Source: an uncultured Candidatus Saccharibacteria bacterium
GTDB taxonomy: Bacteria; Patescibacteriota; Saccharimonadia; Saccharimonadales; JAUPVS01
Direction: 5' to 3'
DNA length: 64,000 bases
Assembly: GCA_964410185.1 (NCBI GenBank)
Contig: CAYPFM010000004.1
Location: forward strand, 4,134-68,133
Shown: one piece after another, positions 1 through 9,562 of the stretch
Layout: each line of letters starts with the position of its first letter
Position numbering within the stretch: position 1 is the stretch's first letter
Notes under the pieces: model-generated
Database searches by the model: none
What the model saw: the letters and a program-made list of their open reading frames with translations, nothing else
What the model was told of the DNA's origin: nothing
Made by a program: the position numbers and the translations under genes

Positions 1-1
1 T

Positions 2-82
2 GGCGACACCATCGTGACAGCCTCGGGCAAGCATCCGGGTGTGGTTGGCACAACTGATACAATAAAAGTACGCGTTCTCTAA
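2..82 (+). CDS. pyk: pyruvate kinase, C-terminal fragment (runs off 5' edge)
   Basis: The open frame from the window edge ends GDTIVTASGKHPGVVGTTDTIKVRVL-stop. This resembles the conserved pyruvate kinase C-terminus. It lies directly upstream of pgk and tpiA. Confidence 0.5.
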   Translation, partial: GDTIVTASGKHPGVVGTTDTIKVRVL

Positions 83-101
83 GCACAGCAAGGGTGGGGT
101 G

Positions 102-1394
102 ATGTTTAAGAAGCAAACAATTCGGGATATCGACCTCAAGGGCAAACAAGTCTTATTGCGTGCCGATTATAATGTCCCGCTGCTAGCCGACGGTCATATC
201 GCCGATGACTATCGCATCCAACAGTCTCTCCCCACTATCAAGTATCTCGTAGAACAAGGCTGCAAGGTGGTGATATGTTCACATATGGGTCGTCCCAAGG
301 GCAAGCGCGACAAACACTGTAGCCTCAAGCCGGTTGCCAAACACCTCCAAAAGCTACTGGGGCAGCCAGTTGCCTTTGCCGATGACTGCATTGGTCCTCT
401 GGCCGAAAAGGCTGCCAGCGAGCTTAAAGCGGGCGAGGTTTTGCTGCTCGAAAACTTGCGATATCACCCGGAGGAAGAAGCCAATGATGCCTTTTTTGCG
501 AAGGCCCTGGCTCGTTTAGGCACGGTCTTTGTACAGGATGGATTTGGGGTTGTGCACCGAGCACATGCCTCGACGGAGGCCATTACGCATGAGCTACCAA
601 GCGTCGCTGGTCTGCTATTAGAGAAAGAGTACGTTACCCTGACCGAAGCAACCAGCGACCCCAAACGGCCCCTGATGGCCATTATCGGTGGGGCAAAGAT
701 TGCCGATAAACTCGAAGTATTAGAACGTTTTGTGGCGATTGCCGACTTTGTGGCGATTGGTGGTGCCATGGCCAATACTTTCTTGCTGGCTATGGGTATC
801 GAGACAGGCAAGAGTCTTACCGATCCGGAAGACCTGCCACTTGCCAAGAAAATCATGGAATTAGCCAAAGAAAAGGCCAAAAAACAACCCTTCGTCTTCT
901 ATTTACCGCAGGACGGTGTGGTGGCTACCGCATTAGACAAGAATGCTCATACCAGAATTGTAGATTGGCAGGCTCACGTTATCGCCGATATCGAAAATTA
1001 TCCCAAACGACCGCCTCGCCAAGCTGGTGTGGTCAAAGCCAATGAGCTTATCTTAGATATTGGTCCATTCTCCGGTGCTTTTATAGCCGGTGGCATTCAG
1101 TTAGCTAGTACGGTTATCTGGAATGGCACTATGGGTGTTACCGAAATCAGTGCGACGAGTGGACTGGGCCCAATTGGTCCATTTGCCCATGGCACCGAGT
1201 TAATTGTCGAAGCTTTGCTTGGCCAATTTGGTCATCGACCATTTAGTATTGTCGGCGGCGGCGATACCGTTTCGTACGTTGAGGGGCGCAAGCTAACCGA
1301 TAGTTTTAACCACGTTTCCACCGGCGGCGGCGCCAGTTTGGAGCTAATGAGCGGAAAAAAACTGCCGGGTATTGAGGCCTTGCAGAATAAATGA
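102..1394 (+). CDS. pgk: phosphoglycerate kinase
   Basis: Motifs RADYNVP, SHMGRPKG, GGGDT and STGGGA are present. ATG at 102 is preferred over GTG at 99 because of the upstream agggtgggg. Confidence 0.95.
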   Translation: MFKKQTIRDIDLKGKQVLLRADYNVPLLADGHIADDYRIQQSLPTIKYLVEQGCKVVICSHMGRPKGKRDKHCSLKPVAKHLQKLLGQPVAFADDCIGPLAEKAASELKAGEVLLLENLRYHPEEEANDAFFAKALARLGTVFVQDGFGVVHRAHASTEAITHELPSVAGLLLEKEYVTLTEATSDPKRPLMAIIGGAKIADKLEVLERFVAIADFVAIGGAMANTFLLAMGIETGKSLTDPEDLPLAKKIMELAKEKAKKQPFVFYLPQDGVVATALDKNAHTRIVDWQAHVIADIENYPKRPPRQAGVVKANELILDIGPFSGAFIAGGIQLASTVIWNGTMGVTEISATSGLGPIGPFAHGTELIVEALLGQFGHRPFSIVGGGDTVSYVEGRKLTDSFNHVSTGGGASLELMSGKKLPGIEALQNK

Positions 1395-1421
1395 GCTACA
1401 ATGTAAGGAAGCGTAAGCACT

Positions 1422-2207
1422 ATGGCAGATAGAACACTCATCGTCGGAAACTGGAAAATGCACCTGAACGTTAGTCAGGCCAGTCTTTTGCTGCATCGTT
1501 TACAGGAACGGGTACGGATTAGTAACGACATCGAAGTGGTGCTGGCACCCAGTATGCTGGTCTTGCAGCCGTTATCGGTACGCCTGGACCGGCGCAAGTT
1601 CCGCCTCGCAGCCCAGAATGCCTATGCCAAGGACGAGGGCGCTTTTACGGGCGAAGTTTCGTTTACCATGCTGCGCGACCTGGTTCATTACGTTATTATT
1701 GGTCATTCTGAGCGCCGGATTTACTTTGGCGAAAGCCTCGAAATGATTCGCGACAAAGTTGCCGCCTGTGTTCGCAATGAAATCACCCCAATCCTGTGCG
1801 TTGGTGAAACTCACGAGGAACGTAAGAACGGCGAAACTAAGCAAGTTTTACACGACCAAGTCACCACCGCCCTGGCTGACCTGACGGCCAAAGAGGTGCA
1901 AAACATCGTTATTGCCTACGAACCAGTCTGGGCGATTAGTACCTTTGGTGGGGAACTGGCCAAACCTGGTGAAGTGCAGAAAGAAATGGATTATATTCGC
2001 CAGCAGGTCGCCCATCTTTATGGTCCGAAGGCCGCAAAGATGGTGCGCGTACTCTACGGGGGCAGTGTTGACGACCAGTTGGCTGGTGGCTATCTGGCTA
2101 TCCCCGGTTGCGATGGCGTATTAGTTGGCGGCGCGAGCATCAACTATCATAAGTTTTCTGGCATCATCGATAGCGCCTATCGCCTCAACCGCACACCCGA
2201 AAAGTGA
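1422..2207 (+). CDS. tpiA: triosephosphate isomerase
   Basis: Motifs GNWKMH, IGHSERR and AYEPVWAI are present. Confidence 0.95.
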   Translation: MADRTLIVGNWKMHLNVSQASLLLHRLQERVRISNDIEVVLAPSMLVLQPLSVRLDRRKFRLAAQNAYAKDEGAFTGEVSFTMLRDLVHYVIIGHSERRIYFGESLEMIRDKVAACVRNEITPILCVGETHEERKNGETKQVLHDQVTTALADLTAKEVQNIVIAYEPVWAISTFGGELAKPGEVQKEMDYIRQQVAHLYGPKAAKMVRVLYGGSVDDQLAGGYLAIPGCDGVLVGGASINYHKFSGIIDSAYRLNRTPEK

Positions 2208-2236
2208 TAAACACAACAGGAACAGCCGCGCTGGGC

Positions 2237-2245
2237 TGGTATAAT
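2237..2245 (+). promoter_or_regulatory. extended -10 box TGGTATAAT upstream of pcrA
   Basis: The exact sequence TGGTATAAT lies 7 nt upstream of the GTG start at 2253. Confidence 0.5.
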
Positions 2246-2252
2246 AATTGAC

Positions 2253-4421
2253 GTGTTAGATGACGTATTAGTGGGGCTCAATGCCGAGCAACAAAAGGCC
2301 GTTCAAGCAACTGAAGGGCCTTTATTAATCTTGGCCGGTGCTGGCAGTGGTAAGACCAAAACTCTGACTCACCGCATTGCCTACATTATCGGCAGCAATA
2401 AGGCGACTCCCTATAATATTCTCTCTGTAACCTTTACCAATAAAGCGGCGGGCGAAATGCGCGAGCGAGTTGCTCATTTGCTCGGAGCCCGATCCGAAGA
2501 CCGAGCTTTTATGCCGTATATGGGGACCTTTCACAGCATCTGTGTCCGCTTGCTACGACAGGATGGCGAGGCGGTCGGTATCCCGCGTAACTTCGTGATT
2601 TTTGATGAGGGCGATCGCCAGGCAACGGTGAAGCGGGCCAGCAAACAGTTGCACATTGACGAAAAGGCCTTTCCACCACGCGTTATTGGCGGCCTGATTA
2701 GCAGTGCTAAGAACGAACTGCTCAGCCCGCAGCAGTATGCCGGTACAGCGAACAGCCCAGCTCAAAAAGTAGCCGCCCAGATTTTTCCGATTTACCAGAG
2801 TGCTCTCAAGGACGCCATGGCCTTAGATTTTGATGATTTGATTGGTCGTACCGTGTCACTTTTAGAGAACCATCCCGACGTGCGGGCCAAGTGGCAAAAG
2901 CAGTTTAAATACGTCATGATTGACGAGTACCAAGATACCAACGCCGCTCAGTACAAGCTGATTAAACTACTGACAAACGAAGACGCGAACGTTGCTGTGG
3001 TCGGGGATGACTGGCAGTCGATCTATTCTTGGCGTGGCGCCGACTTTCGTAATATTTTGAATTTCGAAAAAGATTATCCCAAATGTACCGTCATCAAGTT
3101 AGAGCAAAACTATCGCAGCACTAAAAAGATCTTGGAAGCCGCCCACGCCGTAATTACCCAAAACCAGCAGCGGTCCGATAAAAAACTCTGGACAGATGCC
3201 AACGACGGAAGCCCCGTTCAAGTCGTGCCAGTTGGTAGTGAACGGGCCGAGGGTGAAGCGATTGTTCGTCGCATTCGTACGTCCGTTGACATGCGCATTC
3301 GCAACTACAAAGATTTTGCTGTCCTGTATCGCACCAACGCCCAGAGCCGATCGGTTGAGGAAACCTTTATCCATTACGGGATTCCGTACCGCATTGTCGG
3401 TGGCCAACGCTTTTATGACCGCAAAGAAATCAAGGATTTGGTAGCCTATCTGCGCCTGATTTATCAGCCAGAAGATAGAGCCAGTTTTGACCGCGTGGTG
3501 AACGTGCCAACTCGTGGGATTGGCGCGAAGTCATTGCAAAACTTCAATGAGTGGCAGGCCGATAATCATTTAACCCTCGAAGCCGCTTTACGGACTGTCG
3601 GTACCTGCCCGACACTCAGTGGCAAGGCCCGCCAGGGTTTAACCGAACTAGCCGACATTATTCAGGTCTCGCGTGACCTTATGGAGAACACGCCACTTCC
3701 AGTACTGCTCGACTCGCTTTTGCGCCGCCTCGACTACTTGCGTTTCTTGAGCGACGGTACGCCACAAGGCGAGTCACGCCAGGAAAACGTCAAAGAGCTG
3801 GTCGGCGTAGCTCAAAGCTATCAAGAAGTTGGCATTGCCGGCTTCCTGGAAGAGATTTCGTTAATTAGCGACCTCGATAGCTGGGAGAGCGATGGCAACG
3901 CGGTGACCTTGATGACTCTACACGCCGCCAAGGGCTTGGAGTTTCCAGTGGTCTTTATGACGGGTATGGAAGAAACTATCTTCCCTCATTCGCGGGCGCT
4001 GTATGACCAGTCCGAAATGGAGGAAGAGCGTCGGCTTTGTTACGTAGGCATGACGCGCGCTCGCGAGGAGCTTTACATGAGTTACGCGAGTGGTCGTATG
4101 CTATACGGCGGTATTCAACATAATCCGCCCAGCCGTTTTTTAAGCGAAATCGATGGCCAAGTACAAACCAATAGCCTGAGCGCTTTTGGTGGCGGCTTTA
4201 ATAACGTAAATGCTGATAAACTTGGCGGAGAGCCGCAATATCAGCCAGTTGATGATGAACCACGCTACCTACCAGAGCTGAATGAAGGTGATAACGTCAA
4301 GCACTCGTTGTTTGGTAATGGCACCATCCTTGAGCTCGACGGCGACAATGCCACTATTTACTTCCGGGGGAAGGGGACCAAAAAGCTTAACATCGCCTTT
4401 GCCCCGCTCGAGAAACTGTAA
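2253..4421 (+). CDS. pcrA: ATP-dependent DNA helicase, UvrD/PcrA family
   Basis: Walker A GAGSGKT is present, with DEYQDTN, QNYRS and C-terminal helicase motifs. Confidence 0.9.
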   Translation: MLDDVLVGLNAEQQKAVQATEGPLLILAGAGSGKTKTLTHRIAYIIGSNKATPYNILSVTFTNKAAGEMRERVAHLLGARSEDRAFMPYMGTFHSICVRLLRQDGEAVGIPRNFVIFDEGDRQATVKRASKQLHIDEKAFPPRVIGGLISSAKNELLSPQQYAGTANSPAQKVAAQIFPIYQSALKDAMALDFDDLIGRTVSLLENHPDVRAKWQKQFKYVMIDEYQDTNAAQYKLIKLLTNEDANVAVVGDDWQSIYSWRGADFRNILNFEKDYPKCTVIKLEQNYRSTKKILEAAHAVITQNQQRSDKKLWTDANDGSPVQVVPVGSERAEGEAIVRRIRTSVDMRIRNYKDFAVLYRTNAQSRSVEETFIHYGIPYRIVGGQRFYDRKEIKDLVAYLRLIYQPEDRASFDRVVNVPTRGIGAKSLQNFNEWQADNHLTLEAALRTVGTCPTLSGKARQGLTELADIIQVSRDLMENTPLPVLLDSLLRRLDYLRFLSDGTPQGESRQENVKELVGVAQSYQEVGIAGFLEEISLISDLDSWESDGNAVTLMTLHAAKGLEFPVVFMTGMEETIFPHSRALYDQSEMEEERRLCYVGMTRAREELYMSYASGRMLYGGIQHNPPSRFLSEIDGQVQTNSLSAFGGGFNNVNADKLGGEPQYQPVDDEPRYLPELNEGDNVKHSLFGNGTILELDGDNATIYFRGKGTKKLNIAFAPLEKL

Positions 4422-4894
4422 TGAAAGCACTGCAACGAATCCTTGGGCCCCTGGTTTTTTGGCTCAGCTGGCCAGTTGCTTTTATCTACTTGAGGCTTGG
4501 CAGTCGCACAAGAGTATTAATTATCGTTGAAGACTGCGTTTTGCTGGTCAAAGGTCGTTTTGGTCTCGATGATTGGAGTTTGCCTGGTGGTGGACTGCAT
4601 CGAGGCGAAGCGGCGGAGGAGGGGGCCGTGCGTGAGGTTGTCGAAGAAACTGGCATCCAACTCGATACTGAGCAACTTCAATTTTTATATTCGACCAGGG
4701 CTAAAACTAAGGGCCTCCAGTTTAATTACAGCTGCTTTTATGTCAGGCTCACCCAAAGACCACCGGTAAAAATACGGCTGGCCGAAATTGCCGAGGCGGG
4801 CTGGGTTCCGCTGCAAGATGTTTCGGCCGACAATGCTTCTTCAACCACTTGCGAGGCCGTCCAGGCTTGGTTGAAACACGAGAGTTTGCTATAA
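4421..4894 (+). CDS. NUDIX hydrolase
   Basis: The Nudix box is GGGLHRGEAAEEGAVREVVEETGI. The start overlaps the pcrA stop (TAATG). Confidence 0.85.
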   Translation: MKALQRILGPLVFWLSWPVAFIYLRLGSRTRVLIIVEDCVLLVKGRFGLDDWSLPGGGLHRGEAAEEGAVREVVEETGIQLDTEQLQFLYSTRAKTKGLQFNYSCFYVRLTQRPPVKIRLAEIAEAGWVPLQDVSADNASSTTCEAVQAWLKHESLL

Positions 4895-4969
4895 TATGTG
4901 ATGCTAGCTATGACTTTGTGTGTCCTGTTATAATCTGTTGAAAGCATAAACTGTCCGTTAGCAAACACT

Positions 4970-6220
4970 ATGCATACACCCAAGCGTACACCTACGAAAA
5001 AACCCCAAGAGGAGCCCGAAAAGCGGATCCATCGGCTTAAAAATCATCCGTTTGTTGTGCCTGTTGTCACCTTTTTAGCCCTGTTCATGATTACCATGCT
5101 GGGCTTTATTTTCGTTGGCGGCAAGACGGTCGGCCCAAGCGATAGCCATATTGTTCGTCTCTATGTCGATGGTCGGCAACAAACCTTACCAAGCCGAGCT
5201 GCCACCGTAGCCGATTTGTTGGCTGCTAACAAGATTGAGGTAGGGGAGCACGATGTTGTTGAGCCTGCTAAAGACGCTCAGATTACGGATGATAACTTTA
5301 GCGTCAACGTCTATCGCTCACACCCGGTTACCATTATTGATACCGATGCTAATGGCAAGAAGACCTCAGTTATCACCAATACGGCCCAGCAAGCTCCCGA
5401 AGCCATTGCCAAGCAGGCTGGCATCGAAGTTTTGCCAGAAGACAAAGTGACTGTTGCCCGTGCCGATGACATCACTCAAGAGGGTATTATTAGCCAGAAA
5501 CTGGTAATTGACCGTGCCCTACCAGTGAATATTAATCTATACGGAAGCCCGATAACCGCCCGAACCCAGGCCAATACTGTCGGCGAAGTTCTGTCCGAAA
5601 AGAACATCAAACCGCAGCCAACCGACACGGTTACGCCAGCTCTCAATACGCCGCTGACGCCTAATATGCAGATATTCGTCGTTGTCGTTGGCAAGCAGGT
5701 TATTACCCAGGAAGAAGAAGTTCCAGCGCCTGTCCAGACAATTCTTGACCCGTCACTAGCGAACAACAAAACGGTGGTACAGACCGAGGGTAGTCCAGGC
5801 AAGAAGCTCACCACCTATGAACTCCAGATGGAAAATGGCAAGGAAGTCAGCCGGAAGCTGATCCAGGAAGTTATTTCGGTTCAGCCGGTTACTAAGGTTA
5901 TCGCCAAGGGTACCAAGATTGTCGAGACCAGAATTAGCGGCGATAAGTCTGCCATTCTGTCGGCCGCCGGTGTGCCTATCAGCCAACAATCAGCCGCTGA
6001 TTTTGTGATCTCACGTGAGTCAGGCTGGAACCTAGCTGCCCGCAATAGCGGTGGTTGTTTAGGTCTTGGCCAAGCCTGCCCGGGTAGTAAGCTGGTTAAT
6101 GCCTGCCCTGACTGGGATAGTAACGCTGCCTGTCAGGTCGGCTTCTTTAATGGATATGCCAGTCGATATGGTGGTTGGCAGGGTGCCCAAGAGTTCTGGT
6201 TGCTGCACGGTTGGTGGTAG
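4970..6220 (+). CDS. membrane-anchored DUF348/G5 cell-wall protein with a C-terminal lysozyme-like (Apf/SLT-like) domain
   Basis: It has an N-terminal TM segment, DUF348-like repeats and a G5-like segment (VVQTEGSPGKKLTTYELQMENGKEVSRK). The C-terminus reads SRESGWN...GLGQ...YGGWQGAQEFWLLHGWW. Confidence 0.75.
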   Translation: MHTPKRTPTKKPQEEPEKRIHRLKNHPFVVPVVTFLALFMITMLGFIFVGGKTVGPSDSHIVRLYVDGRQQTLPSRAATVADLLAANKIEVGEHDVVEPAKDAQITDDNFSVNVYRSHPVTIIDTDANGKKTSVITNTAQQAPEAIAKQAGIEVLPEDKVTVARADDITQEGIISQKLVIDRALPVNINLYGSPITARTQANTVGEVLSEKNIKPQPTDTVTPALNTPLTPNMQIFVVVVGKQVITQEEEVPAPVQTILDPSLANNKTVVQTEGSPGKKLTTYELQMENGKEVSRKLIQEVISVQPVTKVIAKGTKIVETRISGDKSAILSAAGVPISQQSAADFVISRESGWNLAARNSGGCLGLGQACPGSKLVNACPDWDSNAACQVGFFNGYASRYGGWQGAQEFWLLHGWW

Positions 6221-6340
6221 GGGAGCTCCCAGTACTAGCATGAGCCTACGTCCTCGGCTGAAGCCTGCGAATGTAGACTCATACCAATACTGCTCGCTTA
6301 GTCTGCGGGCAGGTAGGATGACGATGGTATACTGCTGGGC

Positions 6341-6892
6341 ATGAAGTCTTTAGTTTTAGTAACCGGTAACGAAGGCAAGCTGCGCGAGTGGCAACGGTTG
6401 CTGCCCTCAAGCATTCACCTGGAGCCTTTCGATCACGACCTCCCCGAAATTCAAAGTCTTGATTTAGAGGCAATCGTGAGCGACAAGGCGCGCCGGGCGT
6501 TTGCAGAAGTCGGTAGGCCAGTTGTGGTGGAAGATATCTCAGCCGGCTTGATTGAGCTAAATGGCCTGCCCGGACCATTTATTAAATACTTCGAAAAGCA
6601 GCTGGGGAACGACGCCTTGCATGTCTTAGCGAGTAGCGAGTCAGCTGAGGCGATCGTTACCTGTTTAATTGGCTATTGTGACGGCAAGAATGACTTCACT
6701 GTTAGAGCCGAAATCAGTGGCACCGCCGTTTCGGCTCGGGGTGACAATGGTTTTGGCTTTGATAAGTGTTTTATGCCAAAGGGTCAGACTAAAACCTACG
6801 GACAGATGACACCCCAAGAAAAAGATGCCATCAGTCATCGAGCCAAGGGCATTAGCTTGTTTGTAAAGCGACTAAACGAGCTCCAGCTATGA
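6341..6892 (+). CDS. rdgB: non-canonical purine NTP pyrophosphatase (RdgB/HAM1 family)
   Basis: Motifs VTGNEGKLREW, GFGFD and SHRAKG are present. Confidence 0.85.
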   Translation: MKSLVLVTGNEGKLREWQRLLPSSIHLEPFDHDLPEIQSLDLEAIVSDKARRAFAEVGRPVVVEDISAGLIELNGLPGPFIKYFEKQLGNDALHVLASSESAEAIVTCLIGYCDGKNDFTVRAEISGTAVSARGDNGFGFDKCFMPKGQTKTYGQMTPQEKDAISHRAKGISLFVKRLNELQL

Positions 6893-7695
6893 CCGATCAG
6901 CCCTACGCCAAGAAATCGCTCGGCCAGCACTGGCTCAACGATCAAGCAACGCTTGAAGATATTTGTGATGCCGCTGAACTTTCGGCTGGTGACACGATCC
7001 TTGAGATTGGCCCAGGCCCGGGAGCACTCACCAAGCTGCTTGTCAAAGAAGTGAAGCAGGTGATAGCCGTTGAATTTGATGAGCGGTTCGCCAAGGCACT
7101 ACTCAGCAACGTCAATGCCAAGAACCTGTCGGTTACCCACGAGGACATTCTTAAATTCGACTTAACAAGTCTGCCAAAAGGCTACAAGGTGGTGGCCAAC
7201 ATCCCGTACTACCTAACCAGCAACTTACTTCGGGTGTTGAGTGAATCGACAAATCCGCCACAAACAATTGTGCTACTGATTCAAAAAGAAGTCGCTGAAC
7301 GAGTCGCTGCCAAGCCAGGAGACATGTCCCTGTTGAGTGTGAGCGTGCAGCTGTACTACCAGGCACAACTTGGGGTTAAGGTGCCAGCCCATTTGTTTAG
7401 TCCGCCTCCCAAGGTAGACTCGCAGGTGCTTATATTGAAACGCCGGGGCGGGGAGCTCTTCCCTGATGTGACGGAGCAGCAAATTTTAACAGTGGTCAAA
7501 GCCGGATTTTCGGCTCGCCGCAAGACGTTATTAAACTCGCTCAGTGCAGGGTTGCGCCAAGATAAAGCACAAATTATAGCATCGCTCCAGGCTGCCAACC
7601 TTGACCCAACGCACCGGCCCCAGGAGCTGAGCCTGGAAGATTGGCATCGGCTGACACAAGTACTTCTCCACAACTCCCCTACCCCAAACACTTGA
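6889..7695 (+). CDS. rsmA: 16S rRNA (adenine1518/1519-N6)-dimethyltransferase
   Basis: It carries LGQHWL and the SAM motif EIGPGPGALT. The start overlaps the rdgB stop by 4 nt. Confidence 0.9.
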   Translation: MTDQPYAKKSLGQHWLNDQATLEDICDAAELSAGDTILEIGPGPGALTKLLVKEVKQVIAVEFDERFAKALLSNVNAKNLSVTHEDILKFDLTSLPKGYKVVANIPYYLTSNLLRVLSESTNPPQTIVLLIQKEVAERVAAKPGDMSLLSVSVQLYYQAQLGVKVPAHLFSPPPKVDSQVLILKRRGGELFPDVTEQQILTVVKAGFSARRKTLLNSLSAGLRQDKAQIIASLQAANLDPTHRPQELSLEDWHRLTQVLLHNSPTPNT

Positions 7696-7740
7696 CGTGT
7701 TAAGTATTGGCCTGATAGACTACCTTCATAGGAGAGCGTA

Positions 7741-8202
7741 ATGCGCCCTAGTAATAAAATCGGCTTTCTCATCCAACACCTTGCCTTCTCGCTTGGCCGT
7801 ACCAACGACCAGGTTTTGCAAGAACGACTCGGGATAGGGTTTTCACAATTCAAACTTATGATGGTGCTGCAGAAGATGCCTCATATCCAGCAAAAACAAA
7901 TTGCGAGCGCGCTCAACCAAACCGAGGCCAGCATTAGTCGGCAAATTAAGCTCTTGCACGAGAAGAATTTGCTTCAAACGACCGTGAGCCCCAAGAATCG
8001 TCGGGAGCATATCACGACACTGACCGGTAAAGGAGTTCGCTATACGGAAGAAGCCCGCCGTATCTTAAACGACTATTATCAGCCTATGTTTGCCCAGCTG
8101 AGTGATAAGGATCAAGAACAACTCGCGCAACACCTCACGACGCTTCATGATGCCGTCTGTACAAGTAGTGGTGACATGTGCCAAAAATATATAAATGATT
8201 AA
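7741..8202 (+). CDS. MarR-family transcriptional regulator
   Basis: It has a winged-HTH-like segment, QKQIASALNQTEASISRQIKLLHEKNLL. It is adjacent to an MFS exporter. Confidence 0.8.
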   Translation: MRPSNKIGFLIQHLAFSLGRTNDQVLQERLGIGFSQFKLMMVLQKMPHIQQKQIASALNQTEASISRQIKLLHEKNLLQTTVSPKNRREHITTLTGKGVRYTEEARRILNDYYQPMFAQLSDKDQEQLAQHLTTLHDAVCTSSGDMCQKYIND

Positions 8203-8213
8203 GAGGAACAGGA

Positions 8214-9527
8214 ATGACAAAAAAACCAGTTAATTTATCAAAACGAGCTTTACCGATTGTCCTTTTTACGGTATTCCTCGATGTTTTAGGTGTCGGTATT
8301 CTGATGCCAATTTTGCCGCAAATGGTCTTTCGGGTGTTCTTGCCCGCTGGGTTCTCATACAATGGGGCACTGATTACACTCGGTTGGCTGGTTGGTATTT
8401 ATCCGTTGATGCAATTCATCGCAACGCCAATTCTTGGCCAATTATCTGATCGTTATGGTCGCAAACCAATTCTTGGCTTTAGTTTGGCTGGTACAGCGGT
8501 TGGTTACGCAGTTTTTGCGATTGCGATTATTACCAAAAATATCCCACTACTATTCCTGTCGCGTGCCTTTGACGGTATTACCGGCGGTAATATTAGTGTG
8601 GCCCGCGCGGTTATTGCTGACGTTAGTAAGCCCGAAGAGCGAACTAAGAACTTCGGGCTGATTGGTGCCGCCTTTGGCGTTGGCTTTGTCATGGGGCCAT
8701 ACATTGGTGCCCGTTTGGCATCACCGAACGTGAGTTTCTTTGGTTTGTTCCATACACCAGGATGGTTTAGTGCCGCCACGCCTTTCTGGTTTGCGGCGAT
8801 CCTAGCAGCCGTCAACGCTATTTTGGTTTTGGCTATCCTACCCGAGACACACCAGCATATCGACAAGAAGCTCAAAATGATTTGGTCAAAGTCACTGCAG
8901 AATATCCGCAAAGCCGCAGCGGCTCCAGGTCTCCGGGTCGTCTTTACCTCAGAGTTTCTGTTCTACGGAGGCTTCACCTTCTTTACGACCTTTTTCCAGA
9001 TTCTGCTGATTCAAAAACTACATTTTACGCAAAGTAATGTTGGTGATTTCTTTGCCTATATCGGCATCTGGATTGCGATTACTCAAGGAGCGATTACGCC
9101 ATTGCTGGCCAAGCGATTCAAGAACTACCAGGTATTACGATTCACGTTCTTTGGCATGGGGCTGGTGCTGTTTTCGATGTTGTGGCCAACGAATACCAGT
9201 CAGTTACTCTTGGTGACGCCATTTATCGCTATGTTCGTTGGCTTGACGATGGCCAACACCTCGGCCCTAGTGAGCCTGTCGGCCGGTCCAGAAATGCAGG
9301 GAGAAATTCTTGGTATTGATGCCAGCGTCCAAGCCTTAGCGCAGGCCATTCCAGCTATTATCAGTGGTTACATTGCCACCATGGGTATTAATATGCCGGT
9401 CATTGTCGGTGGTGTGATTGTAATGCTAGCCGGTGTTATCTTTGTAGTCTTCTACAAACCATCGAATCACATTTTGCACGAAGATCCGGCTACACTAGCA
9501 GCCGAAGCCATGTCTGCCGCAAGCTAG
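8214..9527 (+). CDS. MFS transporter (drug/H+ antiporter-like)
   Basis: It has about 12 hydrophobic segments and MFS loop motifs (LSDRYGRKP). It pairs with the MarR gene. Confidence 0.85.
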   Translation: MTKKPVNLSKRALPIVLFTVFLDVLGVGILMPILPQMVFRVFLPAGFSYNGALITLGWLVGIYPLMQFIATPILGQLSDRYGRKPILGFSLAGTAVGYAVFAIAIITKNIPLLFLSRAFDGITGGNISVARAVIADVSKPEERTKNFGLIGAAFGVGFVMGPYIGARLASPNVSFFGLFHTPGWFSAATPFWFAAILAAVNAILVLAILPETHQHIDKKLKMIWSKSLQNIRKAAAAPGLRVVFTSEFLFYGGFTFFTTFFQILLIQKLHFTQSNVGDFFAYIGIWIAITQGAITPLLAKRFKNYQVLRFTFFGMGLVLFSMLWPTNTSQLLLVTPFIAMFVGLTMANTSALVSLSAGPEMQGEILGIDASVQALAQAIPAIISGYIATMGINMPVIVGGVIVMLAGVIFVVFYKPSNHILHEDPATLAAEAMSAAS

Positions 9528-9545
9528 ACATAAGCGCTATAAAAA

Positions 9546-9554
9546 TGGTATAAT
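9546..9554 (+). promoter_or_regulatory. extended -10 box TGGTATAAT for tmRNA
   Basis: The exact sequence TGGTATAAT lies 8 nt upstream of the mature-looking tmRNA 5' end GGGGCUG. Confidence 0.6.
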
Positions 9555-9562
9555 AATCTGAC

